64,000 nucleotides of DNA from Bigelowiella natans CCMP2755 (taxonomy: Eukaryota > Protista > Cercozoa): NCBI GenBank assembly GCA_000320545.1, contig ADNK01002290.1, positions 198,345 to 262,344 of the forward strand, written 5' to 3'. The notes beneath the pieces are model-generated. The model worked only from the letters and a program-made list of their open reading frames with translations, had not been told where the DNA came from and searched no databases. Each line of letters begins with the position of its first letter. Position 1 is the first letter of the stretch. Shown piece after piece: positions 36,885-50,472 of this stretch. The position numbers and the translations under genes were made by a program.

Positions 36885-39148
36885 ACCCTCTTCAAACAGG
36901 AAAGAGCAACAATTAGATATTTCTAGCTGAATCTCTGGAGCTACCGCGTGAATGATGATATATTATACGAATTTTCTTGAACATATTCTCTACTTGAGTT
37001 TTGGAAAAAATATTAGCTACTACTTGGCGAGGAATTGCCGAATGGCATCGTCACGGCGGGTTGCGGGGCTAGAGTAGGTTGTAACTGTGTTATTGTACGA
37101 ACAAAACAATAAAAACGAACGATATGGAGTGATGAGGTCGAATTTGGATTGTATCAGGAGATGACGACGGGGAGGAGAGGAAGACGAAGGAGTAGAGAGT
37201 AGAGAGGACGCTTACACAGGGAGTACATCTCGACCGGAAAGAAAAACAAAGGAGGCATCGTATGAGCAGAAGGATGAGAGATCACCTACTTGCAGCCGGG
37301 ATCTGATCGACAAAGGAGGCTGAAGGAAGGGCTACTGGTCATTCGCGTACATCGAGTGTTCCAACGGTCCTTGGTTGGCCGAAGCACTACCTGTAGTTAG
37401 GAGATATCTCACGAGTATCTCGGGACGTGAAATAAACAAAAGAAGCGTGATCGAGGGGAATCAGGGGGACTATTCGTTATTAACCCACATGCAAAGAACT
37501 CTTAGGTAATTACGTCAGAACATATCCTCAAATAATCTGATCAATACCGGCATTGCCGGGCTAATTCTGGTGTGGTGACCCGTATCCTTTGGGGTAAAAA
37601 GAGTAAGATACATATCTTTCTACTTGTATGTAATATTATTTCATTAAATGACTATTTTAGCCATTTTAGTTACTGACGTTGTAATTTTTACAATTAATTT
37701 GTTGATTACAAGTTTTTTAATGTATATATTCATATCTAGAATTTTACATCCGAAGGATGGAAGCGAGAAAGATTTTCTGTGCACTTTGCACACAAAAATA
37801 CTCTACATTTTTCTTATTAATGCCGAAACAAGATCGATTTATGGTGTAAACGTCATGATCTCGGAGAAGTCCGTGGCCTCGCATCGGATCAAAAATCCTT
37901 CAGAATGCAGCTCCTTTGGGGTAGAGATCATTTTAAAATTAAGACAAATAATGAAACATTTATCTAAATTATGCACCCAAAAACAGTTATTTATGAAAAT
38001 ACTAGAATTAAATTTGGAATAAAAGTCATTAATTTAATTTTATGGTATATTACTTAAGTATTTGAATTCTGAATTGAATTTCTTCAATTCCGTGATATTG
38101 CTCGGAACGCTTGTACAAGAGATTTAAGAGTAATTTGGACAGAGTATACTCAAATATTTTCTATCTTTATTGATATCAGTATGACGACAAAAGATTTTAC
38201 AACAATATTTGCATGTTTCAGGAAGCATTCTGTCATTTACTGAGGTATAATGATATACATCTGAGGAAATTAATTCAAAAAATATAATACTATTTATATA
38301 TTTTTGGACAGTAGTATTGCATTTATGATGTTTTTATCACTCTTATGATTTTGTTTCAATATTTTAAATACTTAAAAAATTATTGACATTTATGAGTCTT
38401 ACAGGTAACGACCATGCAACTTCAGGCACTTTTCAGAGTCAAATGCTTTTCCGATATTCCAATAATTCTGAGATGTCATGTGATTTGATGTAAAAAATAG
38501 TACGGAGCTGATAAATATTAAGTCTCTTCCGAATATTACGAGTCATTACGTCTTCTCTCTCTCTGCTTCAATGTCTGATTTTTTCACTTCCCGCTAGGAG
38601 GATTTCAAGTACCAGGATTTATGTACGAATCATTATAAATCTCCAGAATATGTGATGCGACAACCTAAATATGTAGTCTGACGTGTTTAAAATAATGGCT
38701 TTATGGAGGAAACTATTACAGAGTACGCAATTGGTGGCTGAAAATTGACACCAGCGAGACCGGACCTCGTCTCTCCTTCCCGACCCTTCTCTCGCTTAAC
38801 CCCCCCCAATCTAGTTCGACAGATACAACTTCACATTGAGAGTAATTTTTCAAAAGCAACTTAAGGTACGAATTTAGTCCGGAGAGAAAAGATTGGTCTC
38901 GTCTCTCATTTATCTGGCCCACATCTTAGATCTCGCTTGTGGAGGAAAATAGTTCTGAGGAGTTAGATAGAGAATCGTTCAAGGAACTCGGAACCAAGTT
39001 TCAACTATTTTCCTTTAGCCCTACAATAAACTATCCCGGGCTATTCGCGAACTCCGAGCTTCCCGGAATCACTAATATCCTTTCCGAGTCCTGGAATCTA
39101 AAATTCTCATTTTGAATTACGGATCAACCGAAGATTCGTACTTTTGCT

Positions 39149-40707
39149 ATGAGGAACGGAAACAGCGGCAGTGGCTTCGATTCGTCATCATCTGGATCTG
39201 CAGCTACAACAGCGAGTAATAGTACTATTGATGACACAGATGCTGTCCTCCTCCTAAAATTGCTCCAAAGCCATGATGGTGGCCAGCAGCAGCAACATCA
39301 GCGACAAGAAGGCGAACAAACTGACGATGACCTCACTGATCACGAACCAAATAATGGGTCGACAAATACCGCTTGGACAAAGAGGAGGAAGACAGAGCCT
39401 CAAGTGGGCCAAAAATTGTCTCAATCTTCAACTGTTACCGTGAAAGGAGGAAAGATAGACGGTAGCAAGTTAAGCATGAACTATGGTTATGAGGAAGATA
39501 AAAAAAAAAAATCAGCCATTAATCCTGAATATCAGAAACGAATGAATATTAAATCTCCTAAAACGCAAGGCTCCAGGAGAGAAGGTGGGCACAATTTACC
39601 GCAGCTCTCCAATCCCCGTGTAGCAGCGAAGAGGAAAAGAAAGGGAACGAGATACAGATACACGGTTGGAGCCTGTGCAAGGTGCTATAACAAGAAGCTT
39701 AAATGCGTGGGAGAGTCGGAGGAGTCACGATATCCATGCCAACGTTGTGTATCGGATGGCGTGGCCAGAAATTGCGGTGCACAGGAGGCTGACAGGATAT
39801 CTCTCAATCGCAACAGGCTGAGTGGTAGGCAACAAGTTCTTTTGAATCCATGCAGAGGTTTATTTTGTATTTGCATGTAATAACTTAGATATATTCTCGG
39901 TACTCGCAAAGTGCAAGAGAGTCCTGGCTCCAACAGGGTAATCCATTGATTTACTTCAAGTAGAAGTCTTGCTGAGAATATATTTCTTAGGCCGAGTGAA
40001 GCGATAGAATTGATCGGGCAAGCAGAGGGCATGTTGCATTCAATAACTCCCTATGCATTGTCACCTTTTCCTTCGCCTGAATCCCCTGCCAAGCTGAAGC
40101 GTGCACCAAGCTACAAAGGAGCAAAGAAAGAGGAAACAAAGCCTCTGAGAGCCCCCCGCAACTCCCGGAACCCCATTGAATTCCAACAAGCAGGAGTTCC
40201 GGACCTAAAACCTCCAAAGCGCACCGTGAAGAGAAGAAGCTTCGTTAAGAGAGCCCCGAGAGCCTGCATTAGGTGTCGCAGTCGGAAGGTGCGGTGCAAC
40301 CAGGATGCAAAAGCCCAGTTCCCCTGCCAGAGATGCATTGCAGATGGTTTTGCAAACGAGTGTATGGCTCACGTAAGTTTACCCGAGGCAGCCAAAGTAC
40401 TGGGAATTGTCGTTAAAGATCAGGAGACGCCCCGAGCACTTGCTGACCATAGGAACCGACATCAGGGAATCCAATGTCCGAGGAATAGATTGTGCCTGAG
40501 GCCAGCAAAGCACCCCGGCCATTGCAGGTTACACGGCCAACGCCGTTCCCGCAGCATCAGCAGCACCCTGAACAACACCCTGGAAAGCCCTTCTTCCACA
40601 CCGACCCTAAACGAGAGGAACGTAAGAACTACCAATGAGAGTAGAGGCATCACGGCTGCACCAATTACCCCTCACGAAAGCGAGAATACAAGGGGAGTCG
40701 CCATATC

Positions 40708-40746
<39 letters not shown>

Positions 40747-40797
40747 ACAGCAACCGGGAGGGGGAAGAGAGTCCCCACGAACTACTACTACTCCGAT

Positions 40798-40835
<38 letters not shown>

Positions 40836-40933
40836 CTCCTGTGGCTATGACCCCTCAGTCTCCTCGCGACCCACCCCATCCAACTGTTATTCAGAGACAT
40901 TCAGCAGTTCCCATCCCTTATCAGAAAGCATGA
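39149..40933 (+). CDS. Transcription factor with two Zn2Cys6 binuclear clusters and polyQ/polyA tail (one intron, about 39826-39990)
   Basis: ACARCYNKKLKC...PCQRC...C and ACIRCRSRKVRC...PCQRC...EC. (CAG)n and (GCA)n coding repeats at about 40709-40830. Confidence 0.88.
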
Positions 40934-41442
40934 GGAGGAGGATGATAATTGTATTAGATAGAGATGAAGGAGAAACAAACACTGCTACACTACCTAAATA
41001 CATCTTTTAGTCAGGAAGAATTACCTGAGTGTTTCTCCGTTCGAAAACTATAATAGACTTAAATTAAAAATGGATTTATTTCTTTCCCCTTACTGATAAA
41101 TGTTGAAGGAAATGATGACAGCCACAGACACCTTGAATAAACGGTGCTGTATTCTCTCAGACTATACTTAATTCAAGTGAATTTCCTTTTTCTTATTTTG
41201 GTTGGATTCCACCGCTTGATGAAATTCGTTCCCAAAACGGTAATATTTTTAAGTTGTAGGCATAAATATACTCTACATCTGATCTGGCTATTATAAGTTC
41301 GGCGTTTGATCTATATATGCTGCTGGCCTTGCAAAAAAGTAGTTACATATTTCTAAATTTAGATTAATTGTTCCGCGAACGTTACCAACAGCACTGAACC
41401 CTTAAAATAGATAGTTTATAGACATGTGCATCTTATTAGATT

Positions 41443-41482
<40 letters not shown>

Positions 41483-42459
41483 TGATGTGCCATCTTAACC
41501 ATCAACGTGTATATACATACAAAAGACACTACAAATTACTGTGTCTATAGCAGATAATGGTTTGCCTGCTGATGATGATATAAATTCTAAGTCATCGCAT
41601 AATAAACCTGGCCAGCTGGATTATTAGCTTGTTGCATACACATGCATTTATATCGAAAGATGTGTCCCTAACGTACGCACCTGCGCATGATCTAGTGATA
41701 GTGAGACGGGTGTAATGAAGCAATTCCTTTCTGTCAATTGTCATCTTGATGTAGCTGTTGATTGTGCACGTGTGGTATGCTAGTATGCATCTATTGAGCT
41801 CGGTTGACTGCAATGTATTTGACGCAGCAGCATCGTGCTCTGCACTACGCATGCTAGCTAGCTAGCATGTGTACGTCGCGCCTAACTATATATATAACAA
41901 CAACTAGATAGTAGCCGTACGCTACGCAGTCTCAGATAGAGTGTGCAGCACAAACCGCATGCACGTATGTCCATAGCTAGACATTGCATCGAACATAGCA
42001 AAATGGCATGCACATAGCAATTTGTTGGTTGTGGCCACAATGACGCTACTCGCTCTAGTACTCTAGTACTGCTAGACTGCCCGATGACACATTCTAGCAT
42101 TGCATGTGCAGGCACACAGGCGGTCGTGCTATCTACCGTACCGCGCGCTGAAGTGTGCTAAAATTTGCGTGCGTAATGACTGCATGATCTAGTGATCATG
42201 TTGATGCAACTCTCAACTCAATGAGCTAGTAAGGTTGATTATGAAAAGAAGCTACTACAACTTAACTAGCTTAATCGCATCGCTGTGCAATTTTGTAATT
42301 TGTGCCTGCTGTTGGGTTCGGCTGCAGAGCATGTGCATCCAGTCCTGCAGCTAGTAGGAACTTCTTGTCCCATTTCCATTGTCTACGTATTGAGCTGTAA
42401 CAGCACAAGGTCATAGGCATTTTCTTTGTCATGTGCAATATCTGACGACATTTACTCAT

Positions 42460-44120
42460 TCAGGGTTGCTAACGTGTGGCAGTACCAACATTAGCATGTT
42501 GTACGCCATAAATGAGGGAATGATGGCACATACATTTTTGTTACTTCCTTCCTATACTCTCCTCTTCTGACCTTTCTTTCCCGCATGCCTCTTTTCGAGT
42601 GTCGTGGATATGCACTACAGTTTGTGAGGATATGATTTGAAACAGATCCGATTTGATCGCATCATCTACAAATATTATGAATACACACCAGCCTTGGCAG
42701 CACGTGTTACATTGGAAGTTCTTGCATTGTCTTGCAGCTAGATTTTTGCATGACGCACATACCCTCACGGGTTCACTGGCCTGTGTATATGTGAGACAAA
42801 CCAATCGTGCTGGCACTGCAACGAAAGCAAGGGCGAGGAGCAGCGGCATCACATGAATAATACGTGGCACTTGTGCAAACTTATCAGCAAGGATAGGCAC
42901 TTATGCAGCATGTGTATTCCTTCCAAGAGGCCTTGAAAGCAGAGATTATTTGGCTTCCAGTTTCATCGAAATTACAGCTCATAACTCATAAACTCACAAC
43001 ACGCAGCATTTACGTACCTCTCTTTCATAGACGAGCTCGCTATCGTACACCTGACGGCTCTAAGCATGTTAAGACACGGAGGAGGAGGAGGAGGGTCGTT
43101 ATAGGTACACAGGCTTTGTATAGTGCACACTACATGCTCAAATCTATCTTCTTCTCCTCCCCCTTTTATCTTATTCACCTCACCTGGCTACTGTTAAGCA
43201 CTGTGTAGGCTTCGTTGATGGCCTTCATCCTGTTCAGTAGTTATCATCCTATCAGGCGGCAATGCTCTGCCTCCTGAATTACATCGCATCACCTGTCACT
43301 AGCATTCTCTTTGCCCTGATATTACCATCATATACACTCTTTATGGCAGGCAGGAGGAGGGGCCAACAACAGTAACCAATGATGGCACGTTCGTCATGTT
43401 TTGGTCATTAATAGTAAGATATTTTATTTTTACATCCTCATCATCTCCCTCCCCGATCATCATCGTCGCCACTACGATGACAATCATTGTCAAAATCATA
43501 TCCCATAGAAAATAACAGAGTGTAAGCTCTAGCAATTTGTACCTCCTCTGCTGTCAAGATTACCACTCACTCTAGTGCTCACCGCATCTCCTACTACTGC
43601 TACTGCTACTACTCCTATCCCTAAAACGAATGATAAGAAGAACTCAAAATTCTTTTACTTCAGTGGTCCTTTGCCTATCCGGATGCCACTCCAACGCCCG
43701 CCGTTTGTACGACTCTCTTATCTGTTATTTAGCAGCGTGAAACCACACACAACGCGCTTGAGAATGTGATGGTGGAAGTAAATAACAGCAATTTTCCGAC
43801 TCACCATATGGCCATGAGGTGGTACTGATGTTTCAGTTTTTATGTGCTGCTCCCTTCCTTATCTACCCTCTCTCTAACAACCAAAGCACCATCAAAATCA
43901 AAACCTCGTAGAAGGATGCGGACTCAGCGACTCCAAGAACCTAACCAGAAAGCAATTCAAGAGTATCATTATCGCTGCTGCTGATTGTAGCAGCACTGGA
44001 TTTATGGGAATTGCCATCAGAGTCAGAGATACATCCAATAATAAGTACCATACACGAAGTACGTACCTCATAGTGCGTTTGATTCATGCCCCTCTTCAAC
44101 TCCTCTGCACTGCGCTTCAG
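42460..44120 (-). CDS. J-domain (DnaJ) protein with C-terminal Cys-rich zinc finger, many micro-exons
   Basis: THYE|VLGVAESAS...KLKHQYHLMA...WHPDRQ...MKAINEAYTVL...YD, then CASCKNLAARQCKNFQCNTCC. Ends approximate. Confidence 0.8.
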
Positions 44121-44299
44121 GCTGAAGGACACGCAGCAACAGCGCGACGGTAGCAGAGTTTGAGACAGAAGAAAAAGAAATATAGAGAAGGCAATGGCAG
44201 GTAGGAGAGCGAAGGCATCATGATGATAGTAGGATGTCATTTGACTTTTGAGCGAGTAATGATGACAACTACGATATCAGTAGCCTGGCTTCCTTATGA

Positions 44300-44862
44300 A
44301 AACACATGGTGACCTTGGGTGTAAAGGCGTACAACGTAAAGCGCGCCTAAGGTCGATCAGCGCCTTTTGGAACTCTGGTAATATACAACACATTTTGCAA
44401 AAGAGCTATGTTGAGTACTAAGGGGGTGGATGATAATGATAATAATCAATGGAGTATAACCAGTATCGAGTGTAGTAGCAGCACCACCACCGCCACCAAT
44501 CTCATTATCATCATCATCATCATCATCGTCATCATCATCATACGAAAACACTCCACCACCTCCATGCTTAACGTAACACAGGTGTCTCCGATAGAGAGCC
44601 TAACGACACAGCAATACAGATTATACTATCAAAGAGCAGCATAAGGTTTAAACGGCCAGTCTATGGAACAAGTACCACTATAGCAGGCTAATATCGACGT
44701 TGCGGCAAAGGGATATTGGGTACCTTAACGTTATCACTATCTTCTTGAATTATCGTGCTACACTCCCTACCAAAACCAGAGAATAATCAAGAATGGCTGA
44801 TATTGGCTACAGGAGGGCAACGACGACGAACTCCCACCATCACAAAACAGCAACAACAACGA

Positions 44863-44897
<35 letters not shown>

Positions 44898-45840
44898 GTA
44901 ACATACATCCACCACCACAACCACAACCACCACCATCACAACCGAATACATCCGTAGAAGTCTCCGTTCTTCAATAAGGCGGCACTGAGATTGCCTCGAA
45001 TCTACGCGAATAGAGTATTATCATGATAGCAACGCTAGTGATCATACAATTATCACACGCATCCTCCTTCTTTCTTGCACAGGAACCATGTATATGCGGA
45101 ACCTTTCGAGCTAAATTCGGATGCAGTATATCAGCTCCTAGCAGCCTCTTTGATCTAACGATGGCACAACAGACGAACAATTAAACATATGCTGAGAGCA
45201 ATACAAACGATAAGAGGAGGAGGAGGAGGAGTGGAGCATGGGGGGGGGGGAGCAGGTGTGTGCGTATGTTCTATACTTATGAGCAGTACATTCTAATCGC
45301 CATTGTGTAGTCCTTAGAGTTGAAACTTCTGAACATCTTCCTCTGACGATATTTATCACAAGCAGCATTAACATTGCCATGGTGGTGGTGATGGTGTGAT
45401 GACATCTCCCATTGGCAGCAGCTGCACTCCCCCTTTGAGAATTCAATGATGATGACGAAGTAAGCAGTGCCAATAATGTATAAACTAGATTAACGAGGTA
45501 TAAGACTAGCACTCACCTTTTCCTCAAGAATGTGCTCTACGAGATCTCGGAACACCGAACTTGCATGCCTTCTTTCATCGGTAAGCGCACCTTAAGGGAG
45601 GAGGGTGGGGTGGAGAGGCCGACAAGCCGACAAGGAGTTCAGATTGAGGGGGGGGTTTCCGAAAGTATCCGTGTGATGCGGGGAGGGGGAGGAGGAGGAG
45701 GAGGAGGAGGAGATTGTAGTACGTAGCAAGCTGATAGAAGTCCTTAGATCTTCATTCGCATAGTAATAGTAAACGCCTTCCAAGTAGAGATCATGGTCCT
45801 TATAGCAGCACCAACGAAGTATAAATGATAGCGAGTATTG

Positions 45841-45875
<35 letters not shown>

Positions 45876-46233
45876 TGCTCAATGTCTGATGTACACATGA
45901 TTCATCAAGAGCAATAGGGTACACTACAATGAGATCTTGGTCGTTGATATTGTCTTCCCACAGTTCTTTGCACTCCTCATACTTTCCAACGGCAAGGAGA
46001 AGCCAAACTACTTGCCTGCTAACGGCGACGATTCAGACGATGGGGATAAGAACAAAAGAATAGATATAGGCACTGCTTTGTACTACTGGTTTGCGCTTAC
46101 CTAAATTTAATGCTCCGCTCACTAGTGTGGACGCATTTCTTTATTTCTTCCATGAAAAAGTCTGCTGTACTGGCCAAGTACAAACGTGCTTCCAACAAAT
46201 GACGGCAATGTCGACCTTCCTCGCTACTACTAC

Positions 46234-46270
<37 letters not shown>

Positions 46271-48033
46271 GGTGTGGATTCCTTCATGAAAAAGCTCCAA
46301 CATCCTTCGAGGAAACTCCGACCGAATTATCTCCCAAACCTAAGAAGAAGACCAGCGAAGTTAAGGCGAACATAGTTTTACTATCGGACGATCAGACAGT
46401 CTTCTCTTCCTCTCGTCTTTTCGCTTGATTCATACCAGAGTGTCCCCATGTTCCTTAACCACGTTCAGAATGGAAGATGTCTAAGATAGCAGCAGCAAGA
46501 GCGATGTGATGCAATACACCAGGACGGACGATGGCATATGAACTACGGCAATACTTGCAAGGAAAGGAAAGCGAAAGAAAGAACATGGCAACTTTGAGTG
46601 GAAGACTATCAGCCACTTCTTCATCTCTGCTGCTGATTATTGTTGATATTGTCTTAGAGAATGCGGCGGTCCCATCAGTGAAACGGGCTGCCCCCAACAA
46701 GCATCATACAAGGCACCAATTCTCCCTTTAAGGTACTACAACGACTACAACAACAACAACAACAACAACTACTACTACTACTATTACTACTACTACTACT
46801 ACTACTACTACTAGTACCAGGATTGAGTTGGAAGATAGCCGAGGGACCCTAGCATCACGCTCACAGAATGCTTCCAACAAAGAAATCTCTTTATTGAATT
46901 TATCGTAATCAAAACGGCTGAAGGAACTGCTGCCGCTGCTTCCTGATTTTCTCTCAGAGTTCTTCACTGCGCTTCCTTCACTTTGCTCTTCTTTCTTTTC
47001 CTCGCTCTTCATCATCTCTATCATCTCTTTCGAAAGCAGTTTCTGTGTTTCCTTTCGCAGCTCAGCTCGTAATCGATGCATATCACGGCCACCATTGCCA
47101 CCACCCCAACTGCTTCTACCCACTTCTCTTCCTCCGACTCCCCTCACCATCGATTCCTGATAATAGCATCGCTAATCAGTATACAGTGATAATGATTCTT
47201 GTAACTTTGCCATATCAGCATGATTACTATCACCATCATCATCATCACCACAATCCTCATTATAACTGGCTGAGAGGAATTTAAGTCAATCTTTTCGGAG
47301 ATACGACTCTGACAGCCCTCCCCCCCCCCTCCCTTTCCTACTTCAACTTCACGAAATCACCGGTTACAAAGAGGACAAGGGGTTCTAAGGCACACACCCT
47401 ATTGCTGCTGTTGTCGGCCTTCTTTGGAGCTGTTAACTCCTGATCACGCAATGACCCCGTAGCCGCAGCAGCCTCCGTGCTATTCAGCTTCCGACTATTT
47501 GCTTTGTATTTGCTGCAGATCACAGCCTCCTCCTCCTCCTCCTCCTCCTCCTCCTCCTCCTCCTTTTCCTTTTCCTCTTCATTTTCAATTTTTGTATCTT
47601 TCCCTTGTTCCTCACGACGGGAGGTGCTCAAGGACGACAGATTGCTTTCATCTTGGATCGAGGAAGAAAGACGTAGGTAGGTATTAATACACAAGGATCC
47701 CCGCGAGGGAGTTGACAGTGAAAACACGTGATGAAAAGTACGTTTAGTTTCATTGGCTATTATAGGCTAGAACAAGCAGGTAGATGGGAATAAATGCTGT
47801 TGCAGTAGCTGCAAGGAGCTCGCTAGGATTCTCTACCTTTTTTAGTCCTTTCCCACTCCTCCTCCTCCTCCTCCTCTTCCTCCCCCCCCCCCTCCTCCTC
47901 ATCGTCTTCGTCGTCTTCCTCCTCTTCCTGTTGCTGCTTCTGCAAGATAGCCTTCAACTCATCCTCAAATTTTGAGAGAGTTTCTTTGCCAAAATCTAAC
48001 CCTTATACACATCATCTTAGTTATTGTGGAATT

Positions 48034-48075
<42 letters not shown>

Positions 48076-49480
48076 GCCATTTGCATGGAGCTGCGGCATT
48101 ATGGTCTCAATTCTTAAATAGGGAACCCCAAACAATAATACCGCGATCATAAGGCCAGCCTTACCTGTCATCCTCATTGTTTTCTTCTCTTTCTTTTCTG
48201 CTGCTTTCGACTGAGCAATCGTATTGAGATCGTTTGTAGCGAGTTTCTCTCCCCCTTCTACCTGATCTTCTCCAGAGTACGCAAAATCTGCAGTAGTTTC
48301 ATTGTTGTCTAAACCTGAAGAGAACGAAACTCCTTTTAATTTGGGAAACAGAGTTCTTTCTATCATCAACCAAAGTGCGGTTACAGAAAGGAAACAATTC
48401 ATTAACTGCGTGGAGGCCTCATGCAAGTCGACACTGTGGGATTATTTCTATTGGAGACATGATCGTTGCGACAGTCCTCGTTCCAATCCTTGTGCTTCTT
48501 TTTGATAATAATTGGTTCGGGTGAGAATAAGCTATGTGTGTCGTCATCACTGTGTTTCTCCTGATCTCGGGAGCGTGGTTGGACATTCGATCCGCTGCAA
48601 GTCTTACGCCTCGTTGATACAATGCTTTCGTTTTCAATTACGATTCCTTCGGCAAAAAAGTAGCCGTTGTCGTGTCGTTCGAGGCCTTGACTCACCACCC
48701 GCTCATGATGTGCAGATCCATCTGACATCAAGTCGCCGTTATCACCAAATTCATTGCCATCGTAGTCCTCGCCGTAATCGCTATCTTCATCAGATTCCAG
48801 AAAAAGACGCCCTGTTAAAAAGAAGAATGTTGGCCATCACAGCACTCGTAACACTCGCAGGATTGTTGTTACCACCGAGCCCCCCGTCTACCCGTGCTGC
48901 TACTTGCTCCTTTGAGTCGATGGCACCGTTGACAAACGAAGATGGCAAACAAGTAAAAGGAGAAGAGGATGGTGATGAAATAGTTGAAGGATGCACTTCG
49001 GTAGACCGTACATGGCCAAAACCAAAGCCCAAATATCGTTCCCAGCACAGCTGTACAACACCAACAATGGGTCTTTGAGACTAAGCATGTGGCGAACGGC
49101 AATTTTGAAGAACAAACAGAATTTTGAGGTCTTCATTTACGCTGTAAATCTCACTACCTGGCAGTAGTACTTTTTGTCCCGCTCGTCCATCACCGTGATG
49201 AGGTTCTCCTGATGATGCGATTGTCACCGCTCTTGGCCATCATCATTCTGTTCAAGAACACAAATAGGTACCGAAGAGCATCCTTCGCACCTTGTCCTTC
49301 CCAGTGATGCACGATCGGAGTACACGAACGGAGAGCGCGCTTCCACTCGTCTACGGCTCATCATCCCCTTTGGTCTCTCCTTCGGCCTGTAGTGAGAGAT
49401 GTGACATCGTGTGCACCAATGTGGTTCAGAATGAGACTTTTGCTTCCGATTCTAAATGTGCGACAACCTTAAGCACAACC
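44300..49480 (-). CDS. Multi-exon low-complexity protein(s) of unknown function, possibly the 5' part of the J-domain gene
   Basis: Series of minus-strand acidic/Ser-rich exon-like segments flanked by GT-AG sites and microsatellite introns. No domain recognised. Confidence 0.4.
45845..45873. repeat. (TA)n microsatellite (intronic)
   Basis: Direct reading. A second (TA)n lies at 48036-48071. Confidence 0.95.
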
Positions 49481-50095
49481 ATTTTGATACTTAGAAATAA
49501 TCCCTTGTCGCAGGCTAGTTTTGTTCTGCAAAATCGTTTTGCGATTCAAGTGAGCAATTTATCCTTGTCGTAAGAAGGTTTTGTAGACTAATTTAATCCG
49601 TTACTATACGGTAAATCCTGTCTTTTAAATTAATTTTAGGGAGGATTCAGGTTGTCGCACCATCTATTTCCCCCTGTGCCGCAAATGTGATCATTCGGTA
49701 TCGGCTCGGGCGAGAAGGAAACGTTCATCGTCGACCTGGAAGAATTGGATGCTGTAGTTGATGGGAAGATACATTCCTTGTTTATTATACAAGGAGGTTA
49801 GAACTCGTACAGCAATTTAAATTACACAATATTCGTGGTCTACATTCGGCGGTCTGCGGATCGTCGGACTTGACCCGCCTGGTTCAATGTTCGCCAGCCT
49901 TGCGGCTCGTCGAACTTGAGTTCTGTTTTGATGTTTTGTTTTTTCCGTAGCATGATTTTTGTCGCAATTTGTGCAATTCTGCCACTATAGACGCGTCGCA
50001 GCTCTAGCTAGAGCTTCTCGTTATTGCACATCTAGACATGTGCGACACGCATCCACATCGCCCAGCAAGATCATGTGCGTGTGCAATCACATTGT

Positions 50096-50421
50096 TGTTG
50101 CGCGTAAGGTGTTCACAGGCCGAGGCGCTACGTGCACAAGTAGGCAGGGGGGGGGAAAGGCACGTTTGCTTCCTTTTGAAGAGTTGTGTTTATTTTTATT
50201 AAAGATTATATTTTTATTAAATCGTGCACTGCGTAATCATTCGCGAAGCTTTCGCGAATGCCGCCGCACGTGGGGCAGCACACTTCCGGTGTGCTGCCAT
50301 GAGTCCCGCCGGAACCCACGTGCCTATGCTGTATTAATATCTACGTTATCTATATTCTATATCCGCGACAACCCCTTTGTTGTCGCACGTGACTTGTGCC
50401 CGCGTAGTGGTACGCGCTACA
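50096..50421 (-). repeat. 3' LTR
   Basis: Matches 55486-55811 by eye. 11-bp imperfect terminal inverted repeat TGTTGCGCGTA/TACGCGCTACA. Confidence 0.95.
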
Positions 50422-50430
50422 CCTCCCCCA
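50422..50430 (-). promoter_or_regulatory. Polypurine tract
   Basis: TGGGGGAGG on the minus strand immediately before the 3' LTR. Confidence 0.8.
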
Positions 50431-50472
50431 AGTCACGTTGCTCCTTCCTTCCTTCCTTATTCCCTTAGACCT

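Noticed and set aside
49959-50468. Plus-strand ORFs over both LTRs (also 55469-55864)
   Set aside because: Antisense read-through of LTR sequence with no coding features.
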